Positions 57,382-64,000 of a stretch of 64,000 nt of DNA are shown piece after piece (position 1 is the first letter of the stretch; each line of letters begins with the position of its first letter). The translations under genes were made by a program, and so were the position numbers. The notes under the pieces are model-generated. The model saw only the letters and a list, made by a program, of their open reading frames with translations, did no database searches and had not been told where the DNA came from. Origin of the DNA: Chitinophagaceae bacterium (GTDB taxonomy: Bacteria; Bacteroidota; Bacteroidia; Chitinophagales; REEL01); the NCBI GenBank assembly GCA_007695095.1, contig REEL01000148.1, positions 218 through 64,217 of the forward strand. Direction: 5' to 3'.

Positions 57382-57419
57382 AAAAAACTAACCTCCCAGG
57401 TACAAGCCCCTGAGAGGTT
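57382..57419 (-). terminator. Rho-independent terminator of the Kazal/PKD cargo gene
   Basis: On the minus strand, AACCTCTCAGG-ggcttgta-CCTGGGAGGTT (11 bp, one G-U) is followed by AGTTTTTT. Confidence 0.75.
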
Positions 57420-57446
57420 AATCACCTTACCTAAAAATCAACTATC

Positions 57447-59555
57447 TTACTCAGTAATAATCAGTTTTTCAAGCTGAATACCACTTTCATTTTTAATCTC
57501 AATAAAATATATCCCGGCACTTAATGACGAAACATTTAAACGTATTTGACATCTATCATTAATACAAGTTTCTACTGAACTTTCTTTTACTCTCTTACCG
57601 AATACATCAATAATGCTTATTTCATAATGTTCATTAACTGAATTATGTATTAATAAGTCTGCAAAATGATTAGCCGGATTCGGGTAGACTGTATATAAAT
57701 TTTTCTGTAGAATTTGATTTTGAATTCCTGTTGTATTAGCAAAAATAGTTTCCCCGACATAAAATTCAATATTATCAACTGTTTGGTTATCACTACTTAT
57801 AGTAACATAAGCTGCTTCAGATTCTTTACCTAACCATTCGACATAAACCTGATAACTACCATAAGGAATATCATCGAAAATAAAATCCCCATGAGCTGCA
57901 GTATAGGTAAAGATTAACATTTCTCCATCTGAATCAAGCAAGAAAACCGGAACATTTTCCAATGCTTCTTCACTTTCACTTGAAAGTTTAAGTCCATTTT
58001 GCCAACTTAAGTTTCCTCCTATTTTTCCAGGACCTGACAAAAGTGAAGTAGGAATTAACTCTATATCAACATTATTAGCAGTTGAGTCTAAAACTACTAT
58101 ATCTGCCTGATTCCAATATAAAGTACTCATATAGTAAGTCGGAGCAAAATCATAGTAAACAGAAGAACTGGGTAATAACTCTGCTTTTAAAATGTAGTCT
58201 CCCTGAGCTATATTATGGAAAACATAATTCCCGTTTGTAGTATAAGCTGTGTCTATCGTAAACATAAAGCCTGTCTGAAAAGAGTATAAATATACTTTTG
58301 CATAATCTGCATTTACATTATTATGCTGAACACTACCATAAATTGAAAAATGGTTCGATGAGCCTCCCGATCCACAAGGTCCGGTAGTATATGAGATAAC
58401 ACCATTATAATAAGTTGCCACACAATCATTTGTGTAAGTTATTCCATCGCACCCACATACAGGGCTATAAATAAAATTACAGGCTGCAGTCATATCAATA
58501 ATTGTAGTGTCTGTACAACTATTTTGACCGGTATAAATATATTGGCAATAAGTATCAGAAGCATTTTGACATGAAGTTCCACCATAAACCGTTAAACACA
58601 CATAATAAATACCTGCTGTACCAAAAGTATGTGAAGGAACCTGAAGATTTGAGCTATCTCCATCGCCAAAATCCCAGTGCCAGGAAGCTGTGTTCGCTGG
58701 TGCGCCACCTCCATAAAACGTAAATTCTAAAGAATTGGAGTTTTGATTAGAATATGTAAAGTATGCCTGTGGGCATGGAGATTGGCTCACATGAACAGAT
58801 TGACAGAAAACATCAACACAGCCGGATGTATCAGTTATTGTAAGGCAGGTTGTATAAGTATTTAATGATGAAAAATGATGAGAAGGGTTTGGATCAGTAG
58901 AATAATTTCCATCTCCAAAATCCCATTGATAAGAAGCTATTGAGCTATTCCCTGTATAATAAAAGTTAACTGTATCATTTAAACCTAAAGTATAGGTAAA
59001 GTCTGCTGAACAAGCTGAAGATCCACAAATGCCGTAAGTAAACTGAGTAATTCCGTACATATATCTTGCCTGGCATTCATTATGATATGTTGTCCCATCG
59101 CAACCACATACCGGTTCATAAATTGAAGGACAAAAAACATTCTGGCTGATTTGACTTGTATCTACGCAAAAATTATTTCCCGGAGAAGATACTCCACAGA
59201 TTTCAAAATCTGCAATACCACTATTTACCGTCCCCTGGTGGTTTTGCAGAAATTCAATGATTGGCTTACTAATGCAATCAAATACTACAACATAGTAATT
59301 TACATTTGGACCGGTAGAAGCACCTCCAGGAATGGTAAATTCATAGTATCCCGTGCTATCTGTAACTGTATTATCACTGTAATAGAAACCCATTGCCGGC
59401 TGAGCAGAATCAGTATATACATACACATTATAATTCTCCAAAGGATTTCCACTAATACTATCACTTACAGTACCGGAAAGATGAAAATTATTTTGTGCAA
59501 AAATAAAACAGGATGTAAGGATTAAAAAAGCACTTAGTAATGTTATCTTTTTCAT
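57447..59555 (-). CDS. T9SS cargo protein with two Kazal-type inhibitor domains, two PKD domains and CarboxypepD_reg-like domains
   Basis: Signal peptide MKKITLLSAFLILTSCFIFAQ. Kazal-like CPSIYEPVCGCDGTTYHNECQARYMYG (aa 130-177) and CNFIYSPVCGCDGITYTNDCVATYYNG (aa 347-394). PKD motifs YQWDFGDGNYS and WHWDFGDGDSS. The CTD is YTVYPNPANHF...IIDVFGKRV...AGIYFIEIK. Confidence 0.85.
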   Translation of the reverse strand: MKKITLLSAFLILTSCFIFAQNNFHLSGTVSDSISGNPLENYNVYVYTDSAQPAMGFYYSDNTVTDSTGYYEFTIPGGASTGPNVNYYVVVFDCISKPIIEFLQNHQGTVNSGIADFEICGVSSPGNNFCVDTSQISQNVFCPSIYEPVCGCDGTTYHNECQARYMYGITQFTYGICGSSACSADFTYTLGLNDTVNFYYTGNSSIASYQWDFGDGNYSTDPNPSHHFSSLNTYTTCLTITDTSGCVDVFCQSVHVSQSPCPQAYFTYSNQNSNSLEFTFYGGGAPANTASWHWDFGDGDSSNLQVPSHTFGTAGIYYVCLTVYGGTSCQNASDTYCQYIYTGQNSCTDTTIIDMTAACNFIYSPVCGCDGITYTNDCVATYYNGVISYTTGPCGSGGSSNHFSIYGSVQHNNVNADYAKVYLYSFQTGFMFTIDTAYTTNGNYVFHNIAQGDYILKAELLPSSSVYYDFAPTYYMSTLYWNQADIVVLDSTANNVDIELIPTSLLSGPGKIGGNLSWQNGLKLSSESEEALENVPVFLLDSDGEMLIFTYTAAHGDFIFDDIPYGSYQVYVEWLGKESEAAYVTISSDNQTVDNIEFYVGETIFANTTGIQNQILQKNLYTVYPNPANHFADLLIHNSVNEHYEISIIDVFGKRVKESSVETCINDRCQIRLNVSSLSAGIYFIEIKNESGIQLEKLIITE

Positions 59556-59662
59556 AATTAAAATTTTTATGATGAAATAGTTAAATGTTCACAATACAAA
59601 TATAAAGACAGCTAATTTGAAAAAAACTATTAAATTCTCTATTTCTTACGCATTCAAGAAGT

Positions 59663-61114
59663 TTAAATCTTAGTTTCAAGCCAATCATTATACTTTATTA
59701 TCTCTGCATTTAATACTTCAGGTGGCTGAGGCTTTTCTAAATACTTTTTAATCATACTAATAATTCTTTTGTCTTTAAATGGACTATATACAGAAGAAAA
59801 CTTTTTTATAAGCTTTACCAATTCTTTCTCTCTTTCATTTTCAATCTTGCTAAACAAATCTTTAAACTCTTTCTTAACCTGGTTTAACTTATAATCTAAA
59901 ACATCATAATCACCAACTTCATATCGAATTATCAATTCAGCAACTGCAATTTTCATTCTCAGGTTAGTATCTGTTTTTTTATAACTGTCATGGGTTGTAA
60001 GTTTAATTAAATTATCAATAGCATTATCATAATTTTGCTTATCAAACCAAAGTACCGCTAAGTTTGCATAAATAAATTGCTCGTAAAAAGAAGATTGTTT
60101 TATACTTTTCATCTCCTCCAGTAATTCAATAGCTTTATCTTTATCAAGCTCAGAGTAGTTTATTATCAGTGAATTATAATAAAAAAACAGATATTTATCA
60201 TATAAAACATTATCATATTTTTTCATAGCTTCCAGCAAATTCTCAGCATAACTCAATGACTTTTTATATTTTTTATTTTTGAACAAAGCATTTACAATAT
60301 AAGTAAGCATTTGAAGCTGTATCTCGTGATTATCCCTATCAAATAAATTTTTGTCTTTAAATTGTTTATAAGTAGATAACAGATATTTTTCTAAAGCAGG
60401 GTAATCATGTTGCTTTAGCAATAACTGGCTGGCAGCCCTATAAACACGAAGTTGGAGGATTTTGCTTTTTTGTAAATCCGGGTCATTCATAAATTGGTTG
60501 ACCATATCCTTAAGTTTCTGATACGCAGGGTCCATAGCTGATGAAAAATTTTGACTGACTTTCATTCTATATCCAACTATTGCCAGCACATCATCCATTT
60601 CACTAATTTTAGTTAATATGGTTTGATTCTGCTTTCGATTTTCAATATAAATTGAAGGGTCTATGGACACATCATCCATAGAAAGCTTTACAAATTGCTT
60701 ATATATTATTTCAAGCATCTCATATTGCTCGTATTTGGTTGCATTTCTTTCTGCTTTCTTTAAATAAAAAGCTGCTAACCTTAAATTATTTTTTAAATGA
60801 AAGAGAACTGCCAAAGAATAGTAATGAATCGTTGTTAAAGGTTCTGTTTTATGTATATGTTGCAAAACCAAACTCTTCCCAACATCTTCCAAGAGTCTGT
60901 TCTTTAGTCGGTAAAAGGCATTTTTATCCTTTTTGAAATATAGTTTTGTGAAAATTTTTTCTTCATCAAAATCTTCAGCTTTTGATTTGCGAATATACTC
61001 AAAGAGATACTTGTCTTTCCTTTTAATACCATAATTCATTCTTTGCTGATACATGGTAAAAGCTCTGGTTTCTTCTTTATTCAATTGACGAATAAAATGC
61101 TCTAAAATATCCAT
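59663..61114 (-). CDS. 483-aa all-helical (TPR-like) protein of unknown function; paralog of 7693-9168
   Basis: See the collinear motifs listed for 7693-9168. It has no signal peptide. It lies directly upstream of the Kazal cargo gene in the same orientation and divergent from another T9SS cargo gene. Confidence 0.75.
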   Translation of the reverse strand: MDILEHFIRQLNKEETRAFTMYQQRMNYGIKRKDKYLFEYIRKSKAEDFDEEKIFTKLYFKKDKNAFYRLKNRLLEDVGKSLVLQHIHKTEPLTTIHYYSLAVLFHLKNNLRLAAFYLKKAERNATKYEQYEMLEIIYKQFVKLSMDDVSIDPSIYIENRKQNQTILTKISEMDDVLAIVGYRMKVSQNFSSAMDPAYQKLKDMVNQFMNDPDLQKSKILQLRVYRAASQLLLKQHDYPALEKYLLSTYKQFKDKNLFDRDNHEIQLQMLTYIVNALFKNKKYKKSLSYAENLLEAMKKYDNVLYDKYLFFYYNSLIINYSELDKDKAIELLEEMKSIKQSSFYEQFIYANLAVLWFDKQNYDNAIDNLIKLTTHDSYKKTDTNLRMKIAVAELIIRYEVGDYDVLDYKLNQVKKEFKDLFSKIENEREKELVKLIKKFSSVYSPFKDKRIISMIKKYLEKPQPPEVLNAEIIKYNDWLETKI

Positions 61115-61214
61115 ATTTTACTATTTTAAGCACGTAAGATAAAAAAGAAATTGATATTAAAAATAAAATTTAAGCTTATAACTTTACGAAAACTTTAAAT
61201 TTAAATTTTCAGAC

Positions 61215-61877
61215 ATGAAAAAACATATCTACTTTTTAGGACTTTTTTTAGCTCTTTTTTTCTTTCAAAACAATGTACATTCTCAAGCTTCACTTGGGTT
61301 TTCAAGTTATTGGCAGGGCGACTCTCTAACTGCTGTAATGGGAGATACATTAATGCTGGATTTTTATATTATAAATACCGGCAATCAGGAATTTGTAGGT
61401 TATTTTGAAATTGCTTACAGCCTAAATAATGTGCCAAATCAAAACTTTTTAGCCAACGAAACAGTTCAGGAATTAATCCCAGGTGACAGCATACATTTTG
61501 AAGTAGAATTTCATCTTAATCCTGTAAATACACTTCTTGGATGGAATATTATTGTTATTTGGCCACAGTCGATTTATCAGCCATCTGATTCAGCAACCAT
61601 TCATGTAAACGTAGAGCCCTTTGTATCCTCAGCCCCTATTAAAAAGGAAGATGAACTTAAAATTTACACTTTAGATAAGTCACTATTTGTTTATACTGAA
61701 AAAAATAATAAAGCATTTGAAAGCGTAAGTTTATTTAACTTATCCGGACAAGTCATTTTTTCAAAAAACTATTACTCAAATCCTATTTCATTGGAAGGAA
61801 TCCCGGAAGGCATTTATATACTTAGTTTAAAACTAAATAATGGTGAAAAAATCAGGAAAAAGATTTACATAAATTAG
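61215..61877 (+). CDS. Small secreted protein with a probable T9SS C-terminal sorting domain
   Basis: Signal peptide MKKHIYFLGLFLALFFFQNNVHSQ. The C-terminus LFNLSGQVIFSK...EGIYILSLKLNNGEKIRKKIYIN fits the distal CTD motifs, but the PNPA motif is absent. Confidence 0.65.
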   Translation: MKKHIYFLGLFLALFFFQNNVHSQASLGFSSYWQGDSLTAVMGDTLMLDFYIINTGNQEFVGYFEIAYSLNNVPNQNFLANETVQELIPGDSIHFEVEFHLNPVNTLLGWNIIVIWPQSIYQPSDSATIHVNVEPFVSSAPIKKEDELKIYTLDKSLFVYTEKNNKAFESVSLFNLSGQVIFSKNYYSNPISLEGIPEGIYILSLKLNNGEKIRKKIYIN

Positions 61878-61995
61878 CTTTAACAAAATCAGGTATTCAC
61901 TTCACAGACTTTAAAAATCTAAAACCTCCAAGTACTTATAGCAAATACTTATAATCGCTTTTAAAATCATTAATGATTTGACAAAAATTAAAATA

Positions 61996-62019
61996 CCGGT
62001 AAGCATTTAATCTTACCGG
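61996..62019. terminator. Hairpin between convergent genes
   Basis: CCGGTAAG (61996-62003) pairs with CTTACCGG (62012-62019). AT-rich runs flank it. Confidence 0.6.
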
Positions 62020-62065
62020 CATTTTACTTGCGTTTATAAATCTACTTAAAATCTGAAAAATAAAA

Positions 62066-62605
62066 TTATTCAGCCTCCTTTGAGAACTGAACTTCAGCCA
62101 TGATTTTCACTTCTTCTCCAACTAACACACCACCTGTTTCTAAAGCAGCATTCCAATTTAATCCCCACTCTTTACGGTTAATTTTTCCATTTACAGAAAA
62201 ACCTGCTTTTTCAGCTCCCCAGGGGTCTTTATTTATACCGCCAAATTCAACATCTAATAATACTTCTTTGGTAACACCTTTAATTGTCAAATCACCCTTT
62301 AGCTTATATTCATCATCTCCGGTTTTTTCTAAAGATTTAGATTTAAACTGTAAAGTACTGTGATTTTCAACATCAAAAAAATCATCACTTTTCAAATGCT
62401 TATCTCTGTCATCATTATTCGTAAATATTGAAGGGGCTTCAATTGTCAGATTAACCTGAGCAGATGAAAAGTCATTTCCATTGGAAATTGCATCTCCCGA
62501 AAATTTTCTAAACTCACCTTTTACATTTGTAATCATAAGGTGTTTTACCTTAAATAACAACTCACTGTGTGAAGGGTCTAAAATCCATTTAGTTCTATTA
62601 TCCAT
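62066..62605 (-). CDS. YceI-family (polyisoprenoid-binding) protein
   Basis: WILDPSHSELLFKVKHLMITNVKGEFRKFSG and LKGDLTIKGVTKEV, the YceI-like lipocalin pattern. Confidence 0.85.
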   Translation of the reverse strand: MDNRTKWILDPSHSELLFKVKHLMITNVKGEFRKFSGDAISNGNDFSSAQVNLTIEAPSIFTNNDDRDKHLKSDDFFDVENHSTLQFKSKSLEKTGDDEYKLKGDLTIKGVTKEVLLDVEFGGINKDPWGAEKAGFSVNGKINRKEWGLNWNAALETGGVLVGEEVKIMAEVQFSKEAE

Positions 62606-62779
62606 GTCTTAAATTTTAAAATTGATTAATAATAATTTACTGGTACAAAAGTACAGTTCATTAAAACGCTAAACATTGACCTATGTTAAGAAATCAAATT
62701 AATCTCCACTTTTTTTAGCATGAACTAAAAAATCTAAATTTAAAATGGATGCATTGAGGGTAATAAAATAAGGCGAATT

Positions 62780-63364
62780 TTACTTTTTTGATTTCAAGTA
62801 AAGCTCTTTTCTGACTCTGCTAAGGCTTTCCGGAGCAACCCCAAGATATGAGGCAATCATCCACTGAGGCACTCTTTGTGTTAGGTTGGGATAAAGTTTT
62901 ATAAAATCCAAATATCGAACTTCCGCAGAGGAACCTATCAAAAGACTAATTCTCTTTTGCAAATGACGTATGTGGTTTTGTAGCAATATTTCATTAAACC
63001 TCCGAAACTTAGGATTTAATTCAGCAGCTGAACCCATAAAGTCTTCAGAAATTTGCACAACAATCGAAGATTCTATTGCGTCAATGAAATATTCTGTTGG
63101 TTCATTAAAATAAGCACTCCCTCTATCCATTACAATCCAATCTTCGGGAGCAAACTGAATAATATTTTTTACACCGTGTTCATTTATGGAATACATTTTA
63201 AGCAATCCTTTTTCTACAAAAAATGCATTTCTGCAAACGTCACCTTTTTGCAGAAGAGTTTGCCCTTTATTAATTTCTTTGATTCTAAATTTATTTGAAA
63301 GAAGTTCAAATTCTTGTTCAGTAAGTTGACCTTTATCAATAATAAATGATTTGAATTTCTCCAT
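62780..63364 (-). CDS. Crp/Fnr-family transcriptional regulator
   Basis: cNMP-binding-like N-terminal domain (LLQKGDVCRNAFFVEKGLLKMY) and C-terminal HTH (IASYLGVAPESLSRVRKEL). Confidence 0.85.
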   Translation of the reverse strand: MEKFKSFIIDKGQLTEQEFELLSNKFRIKEINKGQTLLQKGDVCRNAFFVEKGLLKMYSINEHGVKNIIQFAPEDWIVMDRGSAYFNEPTEYFIDAIESSIVVQISEDFMGSAAELNPKFRRFNEILLQNHIRHLQKRISLLIGSSAEVRYLDFIKLYPNLTQRVPQWMIASYLGVAPESLSRVRKELYLKSKK

Positions 63365-63374
63365 AAAACCTGAT

Positions 63375-64000
63375 TTAAAAGGATTTAAGGGAATGCTTTA
63401 TGACACTTTCTTCCATTACCTGATAAACTTTATCTCTCAATTTTTCTACATCATCCATTGTATAACCTTCTGTAGATATAGGGTCATGATAAATTACAGT
63501 AGCTTTACCGGGTTTCATCCAGATCGTTTTTTCGGACATCATTCGTCTGACGTTTGTCATTACCACCGGAACTATAGGGATTCCGGATTCAATAGCCAGG
63601 CGAAAGGCCCCATTATAAAATGGCCCCAATGGTTTATCTGTTCTATTTCGGGTACCTTCCGGAAAAATAAAAACTGACACTCCTCTGTCAATTAAGTTTT
63701 TCATTGCCTTCATACTTTCACTTCTGCTCTCTGCTGATGATCTATCGACAAAAATACCGGCCTTATCAAACAGATAACCCATAACCGGAATTTTCTTAAT
63801 CTCTTTTTTTGCTAAAGGTCTTAATGCAAATATACTGGAACGCGGAAATATCATAGTATCCAGGTTTGATGTATGGTTGCAGGCAAAGATATATGATTGA
63901 TTTTTGTCCACCTTGTGCCTGTCTATTACTTTAACACGAATACCACAAATTGAGCCCCATATTTTAGACCAATTTCTGTTGTATGTGGCTATTCTTTGCT
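63375..64000 (-). CDS. plsC: 1-acyl-sn-glycerol-3-phosphate acyltransferase; 5' end beyond the window
   Basis: FACNHTSNLD (HX4D-type motif) and FIFPEGTRN. The frame stays open upstream of the listed GTG at 63911 as far as nt 64000. Confidence 0.85.
   Translation of the reverse strand, partial: QRIATYNRNWSKIWGSICGIRVKVIDRHKVDKNQSYIFACNHTSNLDTMIFPRSSIFALRPLAKKEIKKIPVMGYLFDKAGIFVDRSSAESRSESMKAMKNLIDRGVSVFIFPEGTRNRTDKPLGPFYNGAFRLAIESGIPIVPVVMTNVRRMMSEKTIWMKPGKATVIYHDPISTEGYTMDDVEKLRDKVYQVMEESVIKHSLKSF

Noticed and set aside
1-64000. CRISPR arrays, rRNA genes, transposases, integrases, phage genes and restriction-modification or other known defence systems.
   Set aside because: I saw no regularly spaced direct repeats. 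No ORF has recombinase, transposase, Cas, methyltransferase or nuclease signatures. The only defence-like element is the decayed TA pair.

Overview
This is an AT-rich chromosomal segment of Bacteroidota type. I base that on seven proteins ending in T9SS C-terminal sorting domains, TAnnTTTG-type -7 promoter boxes, and a parA-parB-DUF5683 arrangement. I support about 60 genes. Housekeeping genes are smc, ppa, parA/parB, mdh, dnaK, panB, folC, rseP, trxA, exbB-exbD-tonB, plsC (cut by the window end) and tRNA-Leu(CAA). They are interleaved with envelope and secretion genes: a TonB-dependent receptor, several outer-membrane beta-barrels and T9SS cargo proteases. There is no CRISPR array, rRNA, transposase, integrase or phage gene.

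Observations worth follow-up:
1. An identical 20-nt promoter/dyad element lies upstream of a nine-gene sulfur/persulfide operon (20054-25087, minus strand) and of an ArsR-thioredoxin unit about 23 kb away (48434-49063). This suggests a BigR/SqrR-like persulfide regulon.
2. A small co-oriented block (6740-9168) holds a roughly 350-nt GC-rich, hairpin-rich island of unknown identity and an unlisted antitoxin/ParE-like pair. The toxin carries an in-frame TAA. The block also holds a 491-aa helical protein.
3. That 491-aa protein has a collinear paralog at 59663-61114, which also sits beside T9SS cargo genes.
4. One T9SS cargo protein carries two Kazal-type inhibitor domains.
5. A ComEA-like helix-hairpin-helix domain is fused to a large outer-membrane beta-barrel, with a smaller barrel partner upstream.
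6. A YidD-like protein with a signal-like N-terminus sits next to two TPR proteins that share a PGxGxxYxG membrane module.
7. An MbnP-like cluster lacks the usual MbnH partner.

All family calls come from motifs read in the translations. No database search was run.
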